The notes: generated from the sequence alone by a model not told the origin. Shown: positions 1 to 7,590, counted from the stretch's first letter. The stretch: DNA of 46,541 bases from Candidatus Dormiibacterota bacterium (GCA_035569855.1 DATMMH010000229.1:1-46541); one strand, 5' to 3'. Numbers and translations: made by a program.

Positions 1-671
1 AGGGGAATCTGACGACGCCCGTGCAGGTTAAGGCCCGCGACGAGATCGGTCTCCTGGGCAATGTCTTCCACCTCATGGTGGATCGCCTGCACGCCTCCCA
101 TCGCAGCATGGTGGACGTCCTCGAGCGTGCCCTGGAGTCGCGCGATGGGGCGCCCGGGTCCCTGGCCCGCCTCGCCCGAGCTAGCGTGGCGCTGGCCGAC
201 AAGTTCGAGCTGCACCCAGCGCAGCGCGAAGCGCTCGAACTGGGGGCGCTGCTGCATGACATCGGCGAGATCCGGACACCGGAGGCCGTGCTGCACAAGC
301 GTGGCCCACTAACACCGGAGGAGCGGAACCTGGTGCACGAGCATCCTCAGGCCGGCGTGGAGATCCTCGAAACCGTGCCGCTCTTGACACCCGCGCTAGA
401 CGTCGTCGGTGGCCATCACGAGCGCTGGGACGGCGCCGGCTACCCGCAGGGCCTTAAGGCAGAGGAGATCCCGCTCCCCGCGCGGATCTTTGCCGTGGTA
501 GACGCGCTGGATGCCATGACGCATGATCGACCCTACCGGCCCGCGCGGCCACTCGAAGAGGCGTTGGAGGCGCTGAAGAAGGAAGCCGGCCGTCAGTTCG
601 ATCCGCGAGTTGTGGAGGCGGCGCTCGCGATCCCGGCGGAGCGCTGGACGGAACTTCTCAACCCCGGATGA
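1..671 (+). CDS. HAMP + HD-GYP domain protein (c-di-GMP phosphodiesterase-type), 5' end cut by the window edge
   Basis: The frame is open from nt 3. HAMP-like DEIGLLGNVFHLMVDRL is followed by HDIGEI and HHERWDGAGYP, which are diagnostic HD-GYP motifs. Stop at 669-671. Confidence 0.85.
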   Translation, partial: GNLTTPVQVKARDEIGLLGNVFHLMVDRLHASHRSMVDVLERALESRDGAPGSLARLARASVALADKFELHPAQREALELGALLHDIGEIRTPEAVLHKRGPLTPEERNLVHEHPQAGVEILETVPLLTPALDVVGGHHERWDGAGYPQGLKAEEIPLPARIFAVVDALDAMTHDRPYRPARPLEEALEALKKEAGRQFDPRVVEAALAIPAERWTELLNPG

Positions 672-917
672 TGGGACGAGATGCGGACTGGCTTCGGCGC
701 TCGCGCCGCCCGCCGCGGCATCGTCCTTCTCAGATACCGGAGAAGCACGCGAATGAACAGTTACGGGAAAGCAGTGAACAAAGCCTTGAGAGGCAAGTAT
801 TTGTCGGACCGGCTGAGTAACGTAGCGAAAACGTGGTTGTGACTGAAACACGATTCCGGCCGTGACGTCTTCGGCGACCATCGATTGGCGGCAGCAGACG
901 GCGCCGCCTGTCGACCG

Positions 918-957
918 TGGTGAGGCCGGGTTGAACCAGCGACCTTGGGGTCATGAG
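918..957 (-). other. tRNA 3'-half-like remnant (T-arm to anticodon-loop region), not a functional tRNA
   Basis: 931-957 (ttgaaccagcgaccttggggtcatgag) matches 5916-5942 of the tRNA-fMet gene at 25 of 28 aligned positions, in the same orientation. The T-loop is one nt short and the anticodon stem cannot pair. The 5' half would run into the amidohydrolase CDS. Confidence 0.4.
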
Positions 958-972
958 GGGAAGACCGGTGGC

Positions 973-2178
973 CTACCAGGGCGTCGACGTCAGACGGAAG
1001 AAGCGCGCCGCGTTCTCCCACATGAGCTTCTGCGTCGCCCGCTCACCCAGCGACTGGCGCCACGCGATCACGGTCTCGGCGTGATCGGGAAAGATGGTCT
1101 CGGGGTGCGGGTAGTCCGACTCGAACATGAGCACATGATCGCCGAGGAGGTCGATCACCGCTCGGGTCAGCTCGATGCCCTCCGAGAAGTCGATGCCGCA
1201 GAAGATACGCCCCATCTGGGCATACTCGACCGGCGTGTGCTGGAGCGTCGGCGACACGGAGCCGCGGACGTAATCGATCTGCCGCGTGAGGCGCACGAGC
1301 CAGTGAGGCAGCCAGCCGTGGCCACACTCGAGCGTCGCGACCCGGAGCCGCGGATGGCGATCCAGCATGCCGCCCATCAGCATGAACGACAGGAACCGCT
1401 GACCACCCCAGGTCTGGCCCGCGCACCGGCTCATGGCCGGGTTCTCCCAGACGTCGCGATAGCCGGGGAAGTACGGCGTCTCGATGGTGAAGCCGTGATA
1501 CATGATCGGCAGGTCCGCCTCGTTCGCCGCCGCCCAGATCGGCTCCAGGTCGGGATCGTCCACCGGTAGCCCCTCGGGCAACAGGGGCCACACGGCCGCC
1601 ACCCAATCATCCTTGGCGAGCTCCTCGATCGCCCGCGCGCTTGCCGTCGGATCGGTGGCCGGGGCGAGCACCATGCTCTTCAGACGGCGCGGGTCCGCCG
1701 CGCAGTATTCCGCCATGTAGCGGTGATAGGCGTCGACCAGCCCCCGCGTGAGGTGGGGAGCGAGCGCTGGCGCGCCGAACGCCCACGGGCCCGGGATGAT
1801 GAAGTCGATGTCGCGGCCCTCGGTGTCCATGTCTGCGAGTCGGCCCCGCGCATTGTCGTCGGCCACGCGCGCGGTGATGGGTTGTCGCGTGACCATGTGC
1901 GTCCGTGCAGAGAGAAAGCCGCGATCGCCCTCCGGCCCCGTCGGCGCGCTCGGCTTGGCGCCGGCCACGCGCGCGTAGCGAAGCTGCTTGATCGATAGGA
2001 TCGTGGCTTGGCCCTGGTCCTCGGCGTCACCCCGGCCGGGCGAGACCTTCACCTTCCTGAGGTACGGCGCCAGATCGGCCATGCGGTCGCGCAGCGCCGC
2101 GTCGGCGTACCGCAGGAGCACGTCCATCGATGGGTTGACATGCGTGTCGGAGTCGATGACACGGATCCCGTGTTTCAT
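973..2178 (-). CDS. amidohydrolase-2 family metal-dependent hydrolase (ACMSD-like)
   Basis: 401-aa ORF. The N-terminus VIDSDTHVNP and C-terminal FESDYPHPE are typical of the PF04909-type amidohydrolase family. Confidence 0.85.
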   Translation of the reverse strand: MKHGIRVIDSDTHVNPSMDVLLRYADAALRDRMADLAPYLRKVKVSPGRGDAEDQGQATILSIKQLRYARVAGAKPSAPTGPEGDRGFLSARTHMVTRQPITARVADDNARGRLADMDTEGRDIDFIIPGPWAFGAPALAPHLTRGLVDAYHRYMAEYCAADPRRLKSMVLAPATDPTASARAIEELAKDDWVAAVWPLLPEGLPVDDPDLEPIWAAANEADLPIMYHGFTIETPYFPGYRDVWENPAMSRCAGQTWGGQRFLSFMLMGGMLDRHPRLRVATLECGHGWLPHWLVRLTRQIDYVRGSVSPTLQHTPVEYAQMGRIFCGIDFSEGIELTRAVIDLLGDHVLMFESDYPHPETIFPDHAETVIAWRQSLGERATQKLMWENAARFFRLTSTPW

Positions 2179-2210
2179 GGCGCGTCCACGACTCAGCCCC
2201 GGAGCCCTTC

Positions 2211-2369
2211 GGTCATGAGGTCGGCGACGATGCGGGTGGTGCCGCAGGCCATGGTCCAGATGTGCCGTCGGCTCGTGGGGTGGCCGGCGTCCGCGTCTGG
2301 TACCTTATGTCACGGTGACGGGGGCAAGGACAGGGCCGCCTCCGGAGCTCGTTCATGTTGCCTATCCTC
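2211..2369. repeat. Copy 1 of a ~160-bp duplicated segment, bracketed by an 11-bp direct repeat
   Basis: Aligns to 4361-4522 with 4 substitutions and one 3-bp indel. The motif ccccggagccc occurs at 2197-2207 and again at 2369-2379. The minus strand carries a DadA-like C-terminal fragment (WTMACGTTRIVADLMT). Confidence 0.9.
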
Positions 2370-2604
2370 CCCGGAGCCCGGCGTCGGGGCTCCCTGGCGC
2401 GGCGGCGGCGGCGATGTGCTCCCGCTCATCGCGAATGCTCAGCAGCTCGAGATAGTCCTCCTGGAGAAACGAGATGGCGTTGTGCGTCCCCTTGCCGGGA
2501 TGGACCCCGCCGCGGAAGACGTTGAACCCGAGGCGCGCGTAGGTGTCGATGCCGCGCTCGAGGTCGGGCGCGCAGATCATCACATGGTCGACGCGGTTCG
2601 GCAT
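2362..2604 (-). CDS. short VOC/glyoxalase-like domain protein (80 aa, probably a truncated remnant)
   Basis: MPNRVDHVMICAPDLERGIDTYARLGF...GKGTHNAISF resembles the N-terminal module of glyoxalase-like VOC proteins. GGAGGAG lies 5 nt upstream of the ATG at 2604. It is far shorter than typical family members and ends inside repeat copy 1. Confidence 0.5.
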   Translation of the reverse strand: MPNRVDHVMICAPDLERGIDTYARLGFNVFRGGVHPGKGTHNAISFLQEDYLELLSIRDEREHIAAAAAPGSPDAGLRGG

Positions 2605-2700
2605 GCCGGCTCCTCCGCTCCGTGGCCGGGGCAGTCGCACATCGGTGGAGGGCATTATAGTAGACGCGCGGCCCCGCGGCCGGGGACAAGGAGGTGTCAC

Positions 2701-4311
2701 ATGCGACACGCCAAACCGATGCTGAACGGCGTCCGGATTCTGATCGCGATGGCGTGCCTGTTGGGGCCAATGCTCGCGCAGGCTCAGGACAGGCCCCGCT
2801 ATGGAGGCGAGCTGGTCTTCCTAGTGCCCTCCGAGCCACCCTCCTACGACGGTCACCGCGAGGGAACCTTCGGTACCATCCACCCGCTGGCGCCACTGTA
2901 CAATACCCTCCTCCGCATCGACCCCAGCGATCGGACCGGCACGCGGCCGGTGCCGGACCTGGCCGAGTCGTGGACGATCTCGCCCGACGGGCTGACATAT
3001 ACCTTGAAGTTGCGCAACAGCGTCCGCTTCCACGATGGCAGCCCGATGACCTCGCGCGACGTCAAGGCCAGCTACGACAAGATCATCTTCCCGCCGCCCG
3101 GCGTGATCTCGATCCGCAAGGGTGCCTACCGAGCCGTCGAGGCCGTCGAAGCGCCCGACCCGCTCACCGTGCGGTTCCGGCTCAAGTGGCCGGAGGCCTC
3201 CTTCCTGGTCATACTGGCCTCGCCCTATAGCTGGATCTACAAGGCGGACATCCTGGCCAAGGACCCGCGGTGGTACGAGACGAACGTGATGGGCACCGGC
3301 CCGTTCAAGTTCGTCGAGCACGTGAAAGGCTCGCGCTGGGTGGCGAAGAAGAACCCTGACTACTGGGACAAGGGGAAGCCCTATCTCGACGGGTACCGGG
3401 CGCTCTTCATCTCGTCGTCTTCGGCGCAGGTGGCGGCCATCCGCGGCGAGCGCGCCCACATCCAGTTCCGCGGCTTCACTCCGACGGAACGCGATGGCAT
3501 CGTCCAGACGCTCGGCTCGAAGATCACCGTCCAGGAAAGCCCCTGGGACTGCGTCGCGCTCGTGGCGATGAACCACGACAGGAAACCGTTCGACGACAAG
3601 CGCGTTCGCCGTGCGCTGACGCTGGCCCTCGACCGGTACGAGGCCTCGCGCAACCTCTCGCGCATCGCGGTCGTGAAGGAGGTGGCGGGTATCCAGGTGC
3701 CGGGCACGCCCTGGGCGACGCCGCCCGCGGAGCTGGAGAAGCTGGCGGGCTACGGTCGCGATATCGCCGCCAGCCGGGCCGAGGCGCGTGGACTCCTGCG
3801 GGAGGCCGGCGTCCCCGAGGGCTTCGCGTTCACCTTCAAGAACCGCGGGATTCCTCAACCGTACGAGACGGTGGGGATCTGGCTCATCGACCAGTGGCGC
3901 CAGATCGGGCTCACCGTCAAGCAGGAAGTCGTCGAGCCGTCGGCGATGGTGTCCGTCCTCCGCCGGGGCGACTTCGAGGTGGCGATGGACGCACAGTGTG
4001 GCTTCATCGTCGAGCCCGACACCGACGTGCAGAAGTTTCAGTCGGTCGGGCTCTCCGACAACAACTATGGCCGCTACAAGGACGCCGCCCTCGACGAGCT
4101 GTACGTCAAGCAGGCGCGCGCCCTGGACGCCGAGGAGCGCAAGCGGTACCTCCGCGCTTTCGAGAAGCGCCTGCTCGACGAGGAGGTCCACTACATCTAC
4201 ACGCTACAGTGGCACCGTATCGTTCCCCACAGCGCCAAGGTCCGGGGCTGGGCCGTCACGCCGTCGCACTACCTGAACCAGCAGCTCGACACGGTGTGGC
4301 TCGCCGAGTAG
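2701..4311 (+). CDS. ABC transporter substrate-binding protein, family 5 (peptide/nickel/opine type)
   Basis: The ATG at 2701 is preceded by AAGGAGG. There is a signal peptide (ILIAMACLLGPMLAQA), then YGGELVF and a length and pattern typical of DppA/OppA-like SBP_bac_5. The upstream part of the 767-aa track ORF is ignored. Confidence 0.9.
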   Translation: MRHAKPMLNGVRILIAMACLLGPMLAQAQDRPRYGGELVFLVPSEPPSYDGHREGTFGTIHPLAPLYNTLLRIDPSDRTGTRPVPDLAESWTISPDGLTYTLKLRNSVRFHDGSPMTSRDVKASYDKIIFPPPGVISIRKGAYRAVEAVEAPDPLTVRFRLKWPEASFLVILASPYSWIYKADILAKDPRWYETNVMGTGPFKFVEHVKGSRWVAKKNPDYWDKGKPYLDGYRALFISSSSAQVAAIRGERAHIQFRGFTPTERDGIVQTLGSKITVQESPWDCVALVAMNHDRKPFDDKRVRRALTLALDRYEASRNLSRIAVVKEVAGIQVPGTPWATPPAELEKLAGYGRDIAASRAEARGLLREAGVPEGFAFTFKNRGIPQPYETVGIWLIDQWRQIGLTVKQEVVEPSAMVSVLRRGDFEVAMDAQCGFIVEPDTDVQKFQSVGLSDNNYGRYKDAALDELYVKQARALDAEERKRYLRAFEKRLLDEEVHYIYTLQWHRIVPHSAKVRGWAVTPSHYLNQQLDTVWLAE

Positions 4312-4319
4312 CGCGACGC

Positions 4320-4459
4320 CGGAGTGTCAGGCCGTCGATGTCGAGGTCGGGCATGCGGCCGGTCATGAGGTCGGCGACGATGCGGGCGGTGCGGCAGGCC
4401 ATGGTCCAGCTGTGCCGTCGGCTCGTGGGGTGGCCGGCGTCCGCGTCTGGTACCTTATG
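4320..4459 (-). pseudogene. C-terminal remnant of a DadA-like FAD-dependent oxidoreductase
   Basis: The minus frame reads DAGHPTSRRHSWTMACRTARIVADLMTGRMPDLDIDGLTL, which resembles the DadA C-terminus (GHG..GWTMACGSG..L.D...GR.P). An in-frame TGA immediately upstream (4460-4462) leaves no N-terminal body. Confidence 0.45.
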
Positions 4460-4522
4460 TCACGGTGACGGGGGCAAGGACAGGGCCACCGCCTCCGGAG
4501 CGCGTTCATGTTGCCTATCCTC
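4361..4522. repeat. Copy 2 of the ~160-bp duplicated segment (likely the source copy)
   Basis: Near-identical to 2211-2369. Here the DadA-like reading frame continues leftward past the repeat boundary. The right end abuts a truncated SDR fragment. Confidence 0.9.
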
Positions 4523-4602
4523 TGTTGGATCTCGCGTCCTTGGAGTCGGCGTTCATCGTCGGCACCGAGCTGGTGATCGACGGCGGCATGACCCAGCTGT
4601 AG
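4523..4602 (+). pseudogene. C-terminal remnant of a short-chain dehydrogenase/reductase
   Basis: The frame ending at TAG 4600-4602 reads LDLASLESAFIVGTELVIDGGMTQL, the classic SDR C-terminus (..aS..asfitG..l.vDGG). It begins exactly at the repeat boundary and has no N-terminal Rossmann part. Confidence 0.5.
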
Positions 4603-4723
4603 GTCAACCTGAAACGCCAGGTCAACACCCTCCCAGGCTTACGTGGCGAGCCTGCCCATCAGCAGAGGAGTGGCGAAACTTCCGGTGAAGCCAGCACAGA
4701 CCCGCTAGTCGAGAACCGCTCGG

Positions 4724-4963
4724 TTACCCTGTACTTGTGCTAGATATCTGGAAGGTATTCTCAAAGTAGCGGCGGTGGGTTTTCCGTAGCGCTTCCTGGC
4801 TCGCGGCTTCGAGGAGGACGACTTCGTGATCGATCTTCCTGCTGTTCAGATCCAACTCAATCCTGAGCCGATCGTTCTCCGCGACCAAGCGGTCTGAATC
4901 ATTGTAGATCTTGAATTGCTCGATCCGTCCGGGTCGGCGACTGTACTGTATTAGGAAGATCAT
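4724..4963 (-). CDS. hypothetical 79-aa protein, translationally coupled partner of the RelA/SpoT-domain protein
   Basis: Its ATG overlaps the upstream TGA (ATGA at 4960-4963). It shares the AT-richer composition of its neighbour. The sequence is charged and non-membrane (MIFLIQYSRRPGRIEQFKIYNDSDRLVAENDRLRIELDL...HEVVLLEAASQEALRKTHRRYFE), and I recognise no motif. Confidence 0.6.
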   Translation of the reverse strand: MIFLIQYSRRPGRIEQFKIYNDSDRLVAENDRLRIELDLNSRKIDHEVVLLEAASQEALRKTHRRYFENTFQISSTSTG

Positions 4964-5772
4964 GGCTTCTTGCTTACCTCCTGTTGACCCAGAAGATAAA
5001 TCATGTCGAGAAACTCTTTTATAGTCCCTTTCGCCTTACTCGTGTCCCTTCGCACTTCTTTGAACGAACGCTCGAGCTCCGCGCGCTGTTCTCTAACCTT
5101 CTCATACTGTTCAACTGCATCGACGTCCGCTTTGTCTATGCTGGCGCTAATCCTTGACACTTCAGCATCCACTTCCGATACCGCCGCATAGATCAGCGCC
5201 AACTTAGCCTCCAGCTCCTCAAATCTCGCAATCGTATTGGATGCTGAGATGAGCGCTTCCTGAAGTCTTTCCGGGCCTCCCCCGTACTTCACATTCTTAT
5301 CGACGACATCAGATAGCTTCTCTGAAAGCTCCGCCCAGAGGTGTTGGGGCGCACTTCGGACCTGTATTTCAACCGCCCTCCCGCCAACCTTAGGCACGAC
5401 GTGAACGGCCCGATATCCAAAACTCGGGGTCTGCCGACGATCGATGACCGCGGCACCAGGAAAGGCACCGCGCAACGCCGCTACGATCGCGTCTTGTTTC
5501 TGCCGGTCCGGTACGACGACTCTGCACCCCGCGATATCCTGAACCTGTGTAAGTCTGATGCTCTCGCGGTGAAGCTTCTCGATGATCGAGCCCGTTGACT
5601 TAGCCGGTCTTCCGGTCGGCTCAAGACCGATTCGCTCTATGGATTGGATCACGCTCCCATATGCCTCTCCAAAGGAGCGCCGAAACTCGTCAAGTGTCGT
5701 TAGGTCTGAATCAGTAGGGCTCCCTGCTCTGAGCCGATCACCTTGCCGGTCAATCTGCGTGTTGCTCAACAT
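4960..5772 (-). CDS. RelA/SpoT-domain nucleotidyltransferase (small alarmone synthetase / toxSAS-like) with a C-terminal coiled-coil-like extension
   Basis: The synthetase motifs are all present: RPAKSTGSIIEKL, DIAGCRVVV, GYRAVHVV, EIQVRS, LWAELSEKL. The last ~100 aa are rich in Glu, Lys and Ala with heptad-like spacing. AGGGA lies just upstream of the ATG at 5772. Confidence 0.85.
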   Translation of the reverse strand: MLSNTQIDRQGDRLRAGSPTDSDLTTLDEFRRSFGEAYGSVIQSIERIGLEPTGRPAKSTGSIIEKLHRESIRLTQVQDIAGCRVVVPDRQKQDAIVAALRGAFPGAAVIDRRQTPSFGYRAVHVVPKVGGRAVEIQVRSAPQHLWAELSEKLSDVVDKNVKYGGGPERLQEALISASNTIARFEELEAKLALIYAAVSEVDAEVSRISASIDKADVDAVEQYEKVREQRAELERSFKEVRRDTSKAKGTIKEFLDMIYLLGQQEVSKKP

Positions 5773-5850
5773 GACAATCCCTATCTTCGCCTATGGGCCG
5801 CCCACACCCCGGGAGTTACCCGAGACTCTGCCACCAAGAGTGCCTATCGC

Positions 5851-5890
5851 CAAAGACAACAAACCCCCGGGACCTGTTTGATCTCGGGGG
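5851..5890 (-). terminator. intrinsic terminator after tRNA-fMet
   Basis: On the minus strand, CCCCCG...CGGGGG forms a stem (5864-5869 with 5885-5890), followed by TTTGTTGTCTTT. Confidence 0.45.
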
Positions 5891-5897
5891 CTTGTGG

Positions 5898-5974
<77 letters not shown>

Positions 5975-5986
5975 GTGACGAGTCAC

Positions 5987-6015
5987 AATGTAACGGAGAG
6001 ACTGGGCGGAGTCAA
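5987..6015 (-). promoter_or_regulatory. candidate sigma70-type promoter for tRNA-fMet
   Basis: On the minus strand, TTGACT (6015-6010), a 17-nt spacer and TACATT (5992-5987). The -10 element ends 12 nt upstream of the mature tRNA 5' end. Confidence 0.35.
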
Positions 6016-6034
6016 CCGGTCGTCTGCTCCTGAA

Positions 6035-6095
6035 GCCTCTACGACCCCTCGCCTCTACGACCCCTCACCCTGCCCTCTCCCCACCGGCGAGAGGG
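6035..6095. repeat. perfect 16-bp tandem duplication plus REP-like palindrome at the 3' end of the GT2 gene
   Basis: gcctctacgacccctc occurs at 6035-6050 and 6051-6066. The palindrome is ccctctc (6073-6079) with gagaggg (6089-6095). It translates as the C-terminal LSPVGRGQGEGS of the GT2 ORF. Confidence 0.8.
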
Positions 6096-7590
6096 TAGAG
6101 ATGAGGCGGCCGGTCACGCGGTCGGTCTTGGCGGGCTCGTAGCGGCCGGTGCGGGCCAGGCTCCTGAGCACGCGCCAGGCACCCCGCGTCGCGAGCAGCC
6201 AGTAGGTCTGGCAGCGGAAAGTGCCCAGGAACTTCTCCTTGAGGCTCTTGCGGCGCAGGTCCACGCGGCGCGGCAGGTACGGGTGCAGATCCTCGATCAG
6301 GGCCTGGGTCATGATGCCGCCCACCCACACGGTCAGCAGCAGCGAGACCGTCGGGGCGCCCGTCGCCATGTAGAACCAGAAGCGGTGGCCCTCGTGGTGA
6401 TAGGCCAGATACCAGCCGAGCCAGCCGGTGGCCGGATAGACGAGCGCCGCGATGGGCCACTCCACCACTTTGTTGCCCATGTGCCGGACGAGCTGGGCCA
6501 GGTTGAACGCGGTCGGCTCCTCCCGCCAGGCGCGCCAGAGATACGGGATGTCGTTCAGCACGCCCAGGTACCAGCGGGCGTTCTGGCGGATCACCTTCTC
6601 CGAGGTCTCGGGCAGGTCCGTCACCTCCACCATCGGGATGGCCTGGATCAGGATGCCGCGGCGGCCGAGAGCGTAGCCGAGCGTGGAGTCCTCGGTGGCG
6701 CCGGAGGTGGGGAAGCCGCCCACCGCCTGCATCACGTCGAGCCGCACGAACTGGTTGTGGCCGAGGCAGATCTGCGAGCGGCGGAAGCACAGCTCGAAGG
6801 CCGGGCGCACGAGCCAGGCCAGTCGCGGCAAGCGCGCGCTCAGGCGGGCCAGCAGCCGCACCCGCTTGGCCTCGTTGAGCAGCCGCGCGATCGAGACGCG
6901 GATGAAGATCGACGATTGCTGGATCGCGCAGATCTTCCCGCGGATCGGCAGCCGGTCGTAGTTGGCGAGGGAGAGCGGAATGCCCTGGTAGGCCATGCTC
7001 CCCCGCCCGCCCAGCTCCTGATTCGCGATCCAACGATAGGTATCCAGGTCCGGGATCGAATCGGCGTCGCTCACGCCCACGAAGACGCGCCGCGCGTCGG
7101 TCTCCTCGCTCAGGACCTCGCGCAGCACCTCGGGTCGCAGCCCCCAGTTGAGCTGGTGGGCCTTGCGGCCGGAGCCCGGCATCACCACGTGAGAGAGGCG
7201 CTTCTGCTGATAGGGCGGCAGCGTCTCCCGCAGGCGCCGCACCAGCTCCCCGGTGCTCACGCCCATGGCCGGGTGCGGGGCGTGCTCCTCCTCTTCCTTG
7301 GTGATCACCACCACGTGCAGGCGCCCGTGTGGATAGCGGGAGGCGACCAGGGCGCTCACGGTGGTGGCGATGTCCGGCTCCTGGAACGCGGGCACCAGAT
7401 GCAGGAACACCGGCGTGCCCGGCGCGCGCTCGAGCTGCTCCTCGGTGGGGAGCCGGCCCAGGCGCGCGTAGCCCTCTCGCACGAAGCGGGTGGTCACGAG
7501 CATGCCGCGCCAGTCGAGGGCCAGCTTGAAGGAGGCGCGGATGTTGAAGAAGAGGGCGATGAAGAAGAGGAACGGGATGATGTCGGCCAC
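6055..7590 (-). CDS. membrane glycosyltransferase family 2
   Basis: 511 aa with an N-terminal TM segment, VSDADS (DxD-like), TEDSTLGY and QNARW motifs, and C-terminal TM helices. The last ~12 aa are derived from the REP-like element. Confidence 0.8.
   Translation of the reverse strand: MADIIPFLFFIALFFNIRASFKLALDWRGMLVTTRFVREGYARLGRLPTEEQLERAPGTPVFLHLVPAFQEPDIATTVSALVASRYPHGRLHVVVITKEEEEHAPHPAMGVSTGELVRRLRETLPPYQQKRLSHVVMPGSGRKAHQLNWGLRPEVLREVLSEETDARRVFVGVSDADSIPDLDTYRWIANQELGGRGSMAYQGIPLSLANYDRLPIRGKICAIQQSSIFIRVSIARLLNEAKRVRLLARLSARLPRLAWLVRPAFELCFRRSQICLGHNQFVRLDVMQAVGGFPTSGATEDSTLGYALGRRGILIQAIPMVEVTDLPETSEKVIRQNARWYLGVLNDIPYLWRAWREEPTAFNLAQLVRHMGNKVVEWPIAALVYPATGWLGWYLAYHHEGHRFWFYMATGAPTVSLLLTVWVGGIMTQALIEDLHPYLPRRVDLRRKSLKEKFLGTFRCQTYWLLATRGAWRVLRSLARTGRYEPAKTDRVTGRLISTLSPVGRGQGEGS

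Larger units (their letters stand above)
4603..5897. other. AT-richer islet at the 3' side of tRNA-fMet (putative horizontally acquired DNA, no mobility gene present)
   Basis: Base composition is visibly lower in GC than all flanking DNA. The islet is bounded on the right by the tRNA-fMet terminator and on the left by gene remnants. It carries only the two genes listed next. Confidence 0.55.

Noticed and set aside
918-994. Possible intact tRNA gene on the minus strand.
   Set aside because: The T-loop has 6 rather than 7 nt. The sequence flanking the CAT triplet cannot form an anticodon stem. No complementary 5' acceptor strand exists, and the 5' half would overlap the amidohydrolase CDS. I kept it only as a remnant.
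2008-2700. N-terminal 231 codons of the 767-aa track ORF upstream of the binding-protein gene.
   Set aside because: This stretch overlaps the amidohydrolase, the repeat and the VOC ORF. A strong SD plus ATG plus signal peptide at 2701 gives a normal-length family-5 binding protein.
4363-4509. 48-codon minus-strand ORF with a GAGGA SD inside the 160-bp repeat (MNALRRRWPCPCPRHRDIRYQTRTPATP...), conserved in both copies.
   Set aside because: Conservation is explained by the recent DNA duplication. The composition is Arg/Pro-rich and out of frame with the DadA-like remnant. There is no independent support for coding.
4603-4723. Search for an att-like direct repeat of the tRNA-fMet 3' end, an integrase remnant or a terminator at the left edge of the RelA/SpoT islet.
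   Set aside because: No match to the tRNA 3' sequence and no ORF was found. The only features are a short aggtcaac duplication and weak 4-bp stems, so the islet boundary remains undefined.
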